DNA of 64,000 nt from Acutalibacteraceae bacterium (lineage in GTDB: Bacteria > Bacillota > Clostridia > Oscillospirales > Acutalibacteraceae), in assembly GCA_045576275.1 (NCBI GenBank), contig JAZNGB010000042.1, positions 26,882 through 90,881 of the forward strand, written 5' to 3'. Below the pieces are notes generated by a model. The model ran no database searches. It had not been told where the DNA came from and saw only the letters and a list, made by a program, of their open reading frames with translations. Both the position numbers and the translations under genes were made by a program. This document shows, one piece after another, positions 26,711 through 34,274 of this stretch (the first letter of the stretch is position 1; each line of letters starts with the position of its first letter).

Positions 26711-28561
26711 TTATTCAACTTTAGGTGTTAAGCTGCGACCGATCACTTTTTCCGTTGCCTGTGAAATTGCCTTGGCAAAGTCCGGCATACGAAGCAATGT
26801 CGCAAGCAGAGCATGCTGCGAATGAATAATGACAAAAGAACCTTGTATCTGTGCTGTTGTGCCGTTGAGATGACCGATCAACGGTTTACAGATGGCTTCT
26901 GCTTCTATGCAGCAGCGAGTCCATGTTCTGTCATCAATTGCACCGTTGTTCTGATCGGATGATGATGCAGAAGCGGTCGTTTTGGCTGGTGTGGCAAAAG
27001 CCTCCTTTTCATTGAAAGGGGGAGGTTCTTCATCATCAAACGGCAACGGTTCATCCTGATCAAAGGGAAGCACTTCTTCTTTATCAAAAGGAAGTGATTC
27101 CACTGTGTCGGGGGCAAAGAAAGAATCCGGTTGTGCAATCGGTTCGTCTGCATCGAATGGCAGTGTTTCTGATGAGATGTCATCAGCAGGCGGCACCTCA
27201 TCCCATAAAGAATCCGGGTTAAAAGCAGGAGCATCGTCATCATCAAACGGAAAACTTTCTTCTTCGATGTCAAAAGGTGCAGGCAGCTCGTCCGGTTCAA
27301 AGGGAAGATCTGCGACAACAGGCTCGACAACTGTATTCTGCGGTTTGGCGATTTGTGCCGGTGGGGTTGTATTGGTAACAGCTTGCGGTTTTGGAATGCT
27401 ACCGCTGTTCTGTATTGTATTGATGAGCTTTTCAAGTTCAGCTACACGCTGTGCCAAAGCTGCAACAGAAGTATCCGTTTCAGGGCGACAGAGGCGAATG
27501 AGAGCCATTTCTGCCTCAACGCGTCGGTTTTGCGTTTTCTTGATGGCATCAACCGCATCAGAAAGCACACTCAAAGCTCGCAAAATGGCTTCGGTTGTAA
27601 ACAGGGAAGCCAGTTCTTTATTTTCTTCTATCTCTTCATTGGTAGCAACGATGAGTTTTTCAGGATGTTTGACTGTGTGAACGATCAAAAGATTGCGAAA
27701 TTGATTGATAAGCTCTGTGCAAAGGCGTTCGGTGTCACAGGATGCCTTGTGCAGGTCGTCAAGGATTGTCAAAGCGGCTGCAGTGTCACGCTTTGCAATG
27801 GTGCGGCATAGCGAAAACAGGTAGTCGCGTCCCATCAAACCGGCAGCCTGGGTGACGGTTTTGACCGTCAGGGGAGGTTCAGCCGTACTCAAGCAGCGAT
27901 CCAACAAGGAAAGAGCATCACGCATTGCACCGTCTGCAAGTCGGGCAATGAGAATAGCAGCATCAGATTCCAGTTCAGCATTTTCTTCACGGGAAATGTT
28001 TTTCAAACGCTCCGCAATGACTTCAGGTTCTATACGACGAAAATCATAACGCTGACAACGGGAGAGAATTGTGGACGGTAATTTCTGTACTTCAGTGGTC
28101 GCTAAAATGAATTTGACGTGTTCGGGCGGCTCTTCAAGTGTTTTCAGCAGTGCATTGAATGCTTCAATTGTGAGCATGTGCACTTCGTCTACAATGTACA
28201 CGCGGTATTTTGCTTGTGAGGGAGTGAATTTTACCTCTTCACGAAGTTGACGGATGTCATCGACACCACGGTTGCTGGCTGCGTCGATTTCTACAATATC
28301 GAGAACCGTGCCGTCATCAATACCGCGACAAATCTCGCAAGTATTGCAAGGATCTCCGTTAACAGGGTGCAGACAGTTGACTGCTTTTGCGAAAATCTTT
28401 GCACAACTTGTTTTGCCCGTACCTCGCGACCCTGTGAACAGGTACGCATGGGACAGGCGGTTTTCTTTTATCTGGCAGCTGAGTGCCTTTGTAACTTGCG
28501 GCTGACCGATTACATCTGAAAATGTTTGCGGTCGCCATTTGCGGTACAGGACCCTGTACAA
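26711..28561 (-). CDS. dnaX: DNA polymerase III subunit gamma/tau
   Basis: YRKWRPQTFSDVIGQ, Walker A GSRGTGKTS, a Cys cluster and SRCQRYDF. Has an unusual acidic LPFD-repeat linker. Confidence 0.95.
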   Translation of the reverse strand: MYRVLYRKWRPQTFSDVIGQPQVTKALSCQIKENRLSHAYLFTGSRGTGKTSCAKIFAKAVNCLHPVNGDPCNTCEICRGIDDGTVLDIVEIDAASNRGVDDIRQLREEVKFTPSQAKYRVYIVDEVHMLTIEAFNALLKTLEEPPEHVKFILATTEVQKLPSTILSRCQRYDFRRIEPEVIAERLKNISREENAELESDAAILIARLADGAMRDALSLLDRCLSTAEPPLTVKTVTQAAGLMGRDYLFSLCRTIAKRDTAAALTILDDLHKASCDTERLCTELINQFRNLLIVHTVKHPEKLIVATNEEIEENKELASLFTTEAILRALSVLSDAVDAIKKTQNRRVEAEMALIRLCRPETDTSVAALAQRVAELEKLINTIQNSGSIPKPQAVTNTTPPAQIAKPQNTVVEPVVADLPFEPDELPAPFDIEEESFPFDDDDAPAFNPDSLWDEVPPADDISSETLPFDADEPIAQPDSFFAPDTVESLPFDKEEVLPFDQDEPLPFDDEEPPPFNEKEAFATPAKTTASASSSDQNNGAIDDRTWTRCCIEAEAICKPLIGHLNGTTAQIQGSFVIIHSQHALLATLLRMPDFAKAISQATEKVIGRSLTPKVE

Positions 28562-28589
28562 GGGGCATCCTCCTTTTGACGGAATAAAA

Positions 28590-28737
28590 AAATTCTGTCT
28601 CTGTCACACGGCGTACAGGCGGACTGTGGCGCTCGGGCAGACCGCTTAATGCTGCTCGGTTCCCCGCCTGACATGGTTCACGGCGCTCCGCCGCACAGGA
28701 CCCGCACGCCGCATGACAGAAACAGAATTTATGAAGT
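28590..28737 (-). ncRNA. ffs: Signal recognition particle RNA (small 4.5S-like form; ends approximate)
   Basis: The minus-strand sequence contains the domain IV motif GUCAGGCGGGGAACCGAGCAGCAUUAAGCGG. A long closing stem joins 28593-28616 with 28704-27. The 3' end has a T-run. Position upstream of dnaX matches the Firmicute scr-dnaX arrangement. Confidence 0.8.
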
Positions 28738-28743
28738 ATTAGT

Positions 28744-28772
28744 ATTATAGTACAAAACAAAACATTTCGCAA
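28744..28772 (-). promoter_or_regulatory. Sigma-A type promoter for the SRP RNA
   Basis: On the minus strand, TTGCGA (28772-28767), 17-bp spacer, TATAAT (28749-28744). Confidence 0.5.
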
Positions 28773-28918
28773 GAGGAAAATGCTTATTTTTTTATATTTA
28801 TTTTATTTTCCCAAAATAACCAAAAAGAAAGCCGTAATTGTCGTCAAATACCGCCAAACCGCCACTTGCGTTGAACATAAATATGTGTTATACTATTAGA
28901 CCCGAGAGGTATATGTGA

Positions 28919-29410
28919 ATGATACAAAATCGATTGATTACAATAACGGATATCAACCGTACTCCCGATGGGGAAGAAACCGCACAGGTCATAACAAAAG
29001 GTTGTATGATCGGCGGCCCCGAGGATTATACTTTGCATTTTACTGAAATGCTGGATGATGAACACTCCTGTGATACCCACGTAACGGTAAAAAACAGGTG
29101 TTGTGCCAGCGTACTTCGGACAGGTGCATACAATTCGGAAATGATTATTGAAGCAGGTCGCAGACATAATTGCCATTATGTGACACCGTATGGCGAATTT
29201 ATGATCGGTATTTTTGCCAAGTCGGTGGAAAGCACCGTTGAGATGGTTGGCGGCAAGCTGAAGATGCATTATACGATTGATTTTTTCGGCGGCCATGCTG
29301 CTGAAAAAATATTGATAATTGATGTCGGACAGAAACTAAGACAAACAAACGGAAAGGAGAAAAGCGGAAAGACAATCGTTGCAAAACGTGTTCCGCAAAA
29401 GGAAAGATGA
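28919..29410 (+). CDS. DUF1934 (YwiB-like) beta-barrel protein
   Basis: Its size, its position overlapping the argS start by 4 nt, and the ...YVTPYGEFMIGIF...L.M.Y.IDF pattern fit DUF1934, which commonly precedes argS in Firmicutes. Confidence 0.8.
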   Translation: MIQNRLITITDINRTPDGEETAQVITKGCMIGGPEDYTLHFTEMLDDEHSCDTHVTVKNRCCASVLRTGAYNSEMIIEAGRRHNCHYVTPYGEFMIGIFAKSVESTVEMVGGKLKMHYTIDFFGGHAAEKILIIDVGQKLRQTNGKEKSGKTIVAKRVPQKER

Positions 29411-31095
29411 GCATTCTTGTAGAAAAAGCTGAACAACAGCTTCGTAGTATTATTGAAGCCGCATTTGCAGCAGCCATGCAAAAAGGTCTGTTGCCGGAAG
29501 CAGAAATGCCTGCCTTTAAGATTGAAATTCCTGCTGATCGCAGCCATGGGGATTATTCTGCCAATGCAGCTCTTGTCGGTGCAAGAGTGTTCCGCAGTGC
29601 ACCGCCCAAAATTGCAGCCGCAGTACTCGGGAATATCTCGCTTGACGGTACATATTTTGAAAGTTGTGAAGTTGCAGGTGCAGGATTTTTGAATTTCCGT
29701 TTGGCACCGGCTTACTATGCAGACATTCTTTTGGATGTTAATGCAAAAGGGGAAGCCTACGGTAGCTCTGACTATGCTGCCGGTAAGCGTGCTTTGGTTG
29801 AATTTGTTTCTGCCAATCCCACGGGTCCCATGCACGTCGGTAATGCCAGAGGCGGTGCAATGGGAGATACCCTTGCAGAAGTTCTTTCCCGTGCCGGCTA
29901 TCAGACTGAACGTGAATTCTATATCAATGACGGCGGCAATCAGATTGAAAAATTCGGTCTGTCGTTGGATATTCGTTATCGTCAGCATTTCGGTGATCCG
30001 ATCGAAATGCCTGAAGACAGCTACCACGGTCAGGATATCATCGATCATGCAGCCGCTTTTGCGGAAATCAACGGTGACAAATATATGCACGTGGATGAAG
30101 CAGAACGCCGTAAAGCCTTGGTTGCATATGCACTTCCTTTGAATATTGAGGGATTAGAGCGCGATCTTCTGAAATATAATATTAAGTATGATACATGGTT
30201 CCACGAAAGCACCCTGCATAATTCCGGTGCAGCAAAACAGGTTGTTGAAATTCTGACTGAGAAGGGATTTACCTACGAGCAGGATGGTGCCGTGTGGCTG
30301 AAAGCTGAACAATTCGGCTGTGACAAGGACTTCGTTCTTGTCCGTTCGAATGGTCTTTATACGTATATCGTTCCCGACATTGCATATCATTATAATAAAC
30401 TCTGCATCCGTAATTTTGACCTTGCTGTTGATATTCTCGGTGCTGACCACCACGGTTATGTACCGCGTCTGAAAGCCGCTTTGCAGGCACTCGGTGTGGA
30501 TCCCGAAAGATTGCAGGTCGTCCTCATGCAGATGGTACGTCTGATTAAAGAAGGCGAAATCGTCAAGGCTTCCAAGCGTTCCGGTAAGGCAATCACACTT
30601 GTTACATTGCTTGAAGAAGTGCCTATTGATGCAGCTCGTTTCTTCTTTAATTTGCGTGAAGCCAACAGCCATTGCGACTTTGACCTTGACCTTGCGGTTG
30701 AGGAATCCTCGCAGAATCCTGTTTACTATTGTCAGTATGCACACGCAAGAATCTGTTCCATCCTTGCAAAAATGCAGGAAAAGGGCATCGATGCTGCTTT
30801 TGCAGACCGTGAAAGCCTTTGCCTGTTGACTGCACCTGAAGAAAAAGAATTGATTCGTCACATTGCCGCACTCACAGGCGATATTGTGGCTGCTGCAAAA
30901 GCACTTGACCCGTCTAAGGTTACCAAGTACGCTGTTGATCTTGCAGCATTGTTCCATAAATTCTACAATGCCTGCCGCGTGGACGTGCCCGAAGAAGCAC
31001 TTCGCGATGCAAGACTTTCGCTTTGCATTGCAACACGCAGCGTGATGAAAACCGTGTTGTCGATGCTTAAAGTCGCAGCACCCGAAAGCATGTAA
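29407..31095 (+). CDS. argS: Arginine--tRNA ligase
   Basis: SANPTGPMHVGNARG (HIGH-type motif), GADHHGY, a KSKRSG-like motif SKRSGKAITL and a DALR anticodon-binding C-terminus. Confidence 0.95.
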   Translation: MSILVEKAEQQLRSIIEAAFAAAMQKGLLPEAEMPAFKIEIPADRSHGDYSANAALVGARVFRSAPPKIAAAVLGNISLDGTYFESCEVAGAGFLNFRLAPAYYADILLDVNAKGEAYGSSDYAAGKRALVEFVSANPTGPMHVGNARGGAMGDTLAEVLSRAGYQTEREFYINDGGNQIEKFGLSLDIRYRQHFGDPIEMPEDSYHGQDIIDHAAAFAEINGDKYMHVDEAERRKALVAYALPLNIEGLERDLLKYNIKYDTWFHESTLHNSGAAKQVVEILTEKGFTYEQDGAVWLKAEQFGCDKDFVLVRSNGLYTYIVPDIAYHYNKLCIRNFDLAVDILGADHHGYVPRLKAALQALGVDPERLQVVLMQMVRLIKEGEIVKASKRSGKAITLVTLLEEVPIDAARFFFNLREANSHCDFDLDLAVEESSQNPVYYCQYAHARICSILAKMQEKGIDAAFADRESLCLLTAPEEKELIRHIAALTGDIVAAAKALDPSKVTKYAVDLAALFHKFYNACRVDVPEEALRDARLSLCIATRSVMKTVLSMLKVAAPESM

Positions 31096-31130
31096 GAAAA
31101 CCAAAACGATATCCGGAAAGGAGGGTTTTT

Positions 31131-31604
31131 ATGGCAAAGAGTGTGCATGAAAACACCGTTGCAACCAATCGTCAGGCTTATCATGAATATTTTGTCGTAG
31201 AAACCCACGAAGCCGGTATTGAGCTTTGCGGCACGGAGGTCAAATCCATCCGCCAGGGCAAACTCAATCTCAAGGATTCCTATTGCATGGTCGAAAACGG
31301 CGAGCTGCTGCTGCACGGTATGCATGTTTCCCCTTATGACAAGGGCAACATCTTCAACCGTGACCCGATGCGTACCCGTAAGCTTTTGATGCACAAAAGG
31401 GAAATTATGCGTCTGTTCGGTCTTGTCAAGCAGCAAAGCTATGCCATCATTCCGCTGTCTGCCTATTTTGTCAACGGTAGATTGAAGATTGAAATCGGAC
31501 TTTGTAAAGGTAAAAAGCTTTACGATAAACGTGAAACCGCTGCCAAAAAGAGTGCCGAGCGTGATATTGAGCGCTCCTTCCGCGGCAACAAAAGTGATTA
31601 TTGA
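31131..31604 (+). CDS. smpB: SsrA-binding protein SmpB
   Basis: NRQAYHEYFV.E..EAGIEL.GTEVKSIR and TRKLLMHKREI, immediately upstream of tmRNA. Confidence 0.95.
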   Translation: MAKSVHENTVATNRQAYHEYFVVETHEAGIELCGTEVKSIRQGKLNLKDSYCMVENGELLLHGMHVSPYDKGNIFNRDPMRTRKLLMHKREIMRLFGLVKQQSYAIIPLSAYFVNGRLKIEIGLCKGKKLYDKRETAAKKSAERDIERSFRGNKSDY

Positions 31605-31664
31605 TTATTAAGCCGTAAAATGGCATAATAATATATACGGGTTCGGAGTATCTCCACCCCACAT

Positions 31665-32019
31665 GGGGATGAAAGGATTTCGACGGGGATTCTGAGCACC
31701 GATAAGCGGGCAGAGGTGCGGTACCTCTTTAAACTTCCGCAAGTTTAGAAATAAACGACAATAACAATACTGTACTCGCAGCTGCCTAAGTGCAGTTGCC
31801 GTCTTTCCCGAGAGCACCGCGGCTCGGTGTAAAGGCGTCATGCAGCGGTGAACGTGCACAGGGAAGCGCCTCATATCCTGTCATGCACAATGGGGCTGTC
31901 CAAAGGCGGAGGGTGTCATTTCCCGCCGTCCGCGGAGAGAACTAAATAAATGACTGCGCCCGGAGAAGGTCGATGTAAAGGGTTTTCGGACAGGGGTTCG
32001 ACTCCCCTCATCTCCACCA
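31665..32019 (+). ncRNA. ssrA: Transfer-messenger RNA (tmRNA)
   Basis: 5' GGGGAUGAAAGGAUUUCGACGGGG and 3' GGGGUUCGACUCCCCUCAUCUCCACCA. The internal tag frame ends ...NDNNNTVLAAA-TAA (stop at 31787-31789). Follows smpB. Confidence 0.95.
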
Positions 32020-32022
32020 TGA

Positions 32023-32060
32023 AAAGCAGAGCGGCACCTACAGGTGCCGTTCTGCTTTTT
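32023..32060 (+). terminator. Rho-independent terminator of ssrA
   Basis: 16-bp stem aaagcagagcggcacc / ggtgccgttctgcttt followed by a T-run. Confidence 0.85.
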
Positions 32061-32161
32061 ACTTTGATATAAAGAGGGGAGTCGAAGCGGCGCGGGAGTG
32101 AATGACAGTCCGGTGGACTGTCAGAGCCGCGCCTGACCGAAGCCGCGCAGCGCGGCAAGAG

Positions 32162-32183
32162 TCGACTCCCCTCATCTCCACCA
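32162..32183 (+). repeat. Exact 22-nt direct repeat of the tmRNA 3' end (att-like)
   Basis: tcgactcccctcatctccacca occurs at 31998-32019 and again at 32162-32183. Confidence 0.9.
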
Positions 32184-32242
32184 AATAAGAGTCAGTCGAA
32201 CACTGACTCGCTCACACGGAACGTTGTTCCACCAAAAAGAGA

Positions 32243-32273
32243 AGCACCGCAATTGCGGTGCTTTTTGCTTTTT
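32243..32273 (+). terminator. Rho-independent terminator-like hairpin
   Basis: Stem agcaccgc / gcggtgct followed by tttttgcttttt. Confidence 0.7.
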
Positions 32274-32282
32274 GCCGGAATC

Positions 32283-32470
32283 CAATCCGAAGGATTGGTA
32301 TGTAATCGCCGCAGGCGTATGTAATCAGAGAAGCTGCATGGCATCACCGCAGGTGTATGCATCCTTCGGATTGATTACATACATTTTTTTGAAAATACAA
32401 AAAAATGATTACATACCGAAACTCCGTTTCGGATTCCATACATTTCCTTGGGGAAATGGTTACATGCATT
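32283..32470. repeat. Cluster of short direct and inverted repeats (GTATGTAATC / GATTACATAC)
   Basis: GTATGTAATC at 32298-32307 and 32317-32326. The inverted copy GATTACATAC at 32373-32382 and 32407-32416, with degenerate copies near 32431 and 32458. CCGCAGG(C/T)GTATG occurs twice. Three small ATCCGAAGGAT-type hairpins. Confidence 0.6.
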
Positions 32471-32803
32471 TTCTTACGAAAATGATTTATACAACACTGC
32501 GTGTCGATTGCATAGCGCCTGACGGCGGATGGCGTTTGATTCTTCACCGTGAAGATGGACATCTGACAAAAAGACAAGAACCAAGGTTAGAATCGATTTC
32601 TTCTTCGGCTGGTATAAAAAAATAGGGAACAAACTGACTTGAAATGAGTGCGATTTGTTCCCTGAAAAATTGCGCTATTTTACACAAGGCAGATTGGAGG
32701 AACGTTAATGTACCTTAACTTTAATTGCCGATATAAAAGTACGGCTTAGAGAAAAGTTTACATCATAGGACTTTGTCCTATGATGTAACAAGCAGGGGAA
32801 CTA

Positions 32804-34096
32804 TTATTCCGAATCACAATATAAGCTATCGTACCAGTGGACGTAAATATCGCCATTGACTGTCAATCGTTCGTTTTCGGGACAGAGCTCCGTCCAAAGC
32901 TTACCGTATCGGCCGAAGCCCCAATCATTACGGTTGAATCTGCGCCAAAGCACCGTTCTGCCGTCTTTATCGATATACTGTTCGGTCACGATCTTTGAAT
33001 CTGACGGATACACGCAGAAAAGGCATATCGTATCATACTTGTTTTTGCCGACAGTAACCATATATCTTCCGAGCACATCCTCAACAGGATACTGTTTTTC
33101 GGTGCAGGTGATAATGCTGCTGTCTCTGACAATTTCTCCTTTTTTCTCAAGATGTATTTTTCTTCCGCAGTTGTCCTCACCGAATCCCCAGTCGTCGCAG
33201 AAGTCATCACCGTCAAGAAACGTCCGCAGATGATATACTCCGTCGTCGGTCTGTCCCTGAGCGAGAAATCTGCATCGGGCATCGGTCAGTTGAGCGAACA
33301 GATCCATATTATTATACTCCGGCGCACTCTCGTTTCTGCAAAGCTCAGACGACTCAACACTTTTCATCAGGCAAGATATCCGAACACCACGAATACCGTG
33401 CATCTCGACTTCGTTTTCGACCTTCAGCTCGTGAAGATCCAGCATTTTACCGGAAGGCGCATCATAATTTCCGAATACGATATGCTCTCCGAGCCTCGGT
33501 ATGATAAACCAACCCGGTAACTCTTTACATACCGCTTCAAACGGTTCATTATCGGATTTGACTATTGAATAATCAGGCATTATTGGCGGTAAGTTTTTCA
33601 TAAATGCTTCTCCTTTTTGTTGCATACAGTACGGATATGATTCCTTGAATTTCAGTTTTGCGTTGTGAAGGCGGCTTTTGACCGTACCGAGAGGGATTCC
33701 GAGACGCTTTGAGATCTCCGCTTGCTGTATATCCATCAGATAGTACATATTAAGTATCTGACCGTATTTTTCGTCAAGAGCATCTATTGTTTCGGCAACG
33801 GCGCTCTGTCCGGAAATACCGTAAATACTCATAGAAACGGTTTCCACATCGATATTATCAAAAGATACTTCTGCACTTTTCGCTTTGGAACGGTAATAAT
33901 CGTTGCACTTGTGCCGGGCTATGCCGATAAGCCACGGCTTGAAATTGCTTATGTCGTTCAAAGAAGAAAAATTCTGAAAAGCCGCAAGACAAATCTCCTG
34001 AATAACATCCTGAGCATCTTCACGGTTTCCGATCCGGAATGTCACAAACCGTTCGAGCGGTCGGTAGTTATCATGAAGAAGATCGTCGAAATCCAT
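32804..34096 (-). CDS. ECF-type sigma-70 factor fused to a roughly 260-aa uncharacterised C-terminal domain (paralog A)
   Basis: Region 2 (DAQDVIQEICLAAFQNF...FKPWLIGIARHKCNDYYR) and region 4 (ISKRLGIPLGTVKSRLHNAKLKF). The long C-terminal extension has no hydrophobic TM segment. ATG at 34096 has RBS gaggtg. Confidence 0.8.
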   Translation of the reverse strand: MDFDDLLHDNYRPLERFVTFRIGNREDAQDVIQEICLAAFQNFSSLNDISNFKPWLIGIARHKCNDYYRSKAKSAEVSFDNIDVETVSMSIYGISGQSAVAETIDALDEKYGQILNMYYLMDIQQAEISKRLGIPLGTVKSRLHNAKLKFKESYPYCMQQKGEAFMKNLPPIMPDYSIVKSDNEPFEAVCKELPGWFIIPRLGEHIVFGNYDAPSGKMLDLHELKVENEVEMHGIRGVRISCLMKSVESSELCRNESAPEYNNMDLFAQLTDARCRFLAQGQTDDGVYHLRTFLDGDDFCDDWGFGEDNCGRKIHLEKKGEIVRDSSIITCTEKQYPVEDVLGRYMVTVGKNKYDTICLFCVYPSDSKIVTEQYIDKDGRTVLWRRFNRNDWGFGRYGKLWTELCPENERLTVNGDIYVHWYDSLYCDSE

Positions 34097-34161
34097 CGCC
34101 GTCACCTCGCTTTCGTATGTGTTATGAAATCGATTTCACATACATGGTCGCACCTGCGACG

Positions 34162-34172
34162 CAAAAGGTTCA
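34162..34172 (-). promoter_or_regulatory. Candidate ECF-type -35 element TGAACCTTTTG upstream of sigma-fusion paralog A
   Basis: An identical 11-mer lies upstream of paralog B (61172-61182) at almost the same distance from the ATG (65 vs 61 nt). GAAC is followed 16-17 nt later by CGAC. Confidence 0.4.
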
Positions 34173-34274
34173 TTTTTATAAAAATATTTTATCAGATGTT
34201 TTTCTGTAAAACTGCAAATTATGCACTTTTGGTGCAAGCATCGCCGTAAGTCAGGCGGATTATGCAAAAACGTT

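Noticed and set aside
26711-28561. Programmed ribosomal frameshift site in dnaX (gamma/tau)
   Set aside because: I looked for an A AAA AAG-type slippery heptamer followed by a hairpin within the coding strand and did not see one. A single tau-length product is assumed.
28773-28918. T-box or other leader upstream of DUF1934-argS
   Set aside because: The region is only about 145 nt. It shows a plausible promoter (TTGCGT-17-TATACT with an upstream TG) but no specifier-loop or T-box (AGGGUGGNACCGCG-like) sequence.
29269-31104. Two long minus-strand ORFs (273 and 316 aa) inside argS, and similar ones inside GH92 (61858-63150), ssb (3464-4210), the PHP gene (1618-2541) and the HisJ gene (56401-57294)
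   Set aside because: All are antisense to genes with unambiguous conserved motifs. They lack RBSs and recognisable domains, so they are typical shadow ORFs.
32224-32625. 133-aa ORF in the tmRNA-downstream intergenic region
   Set aside because: No RBS, odd composition and no recognisable motif. It is built largely from the short DNA repeats and hairpins described above, so it is more likely non-coding.
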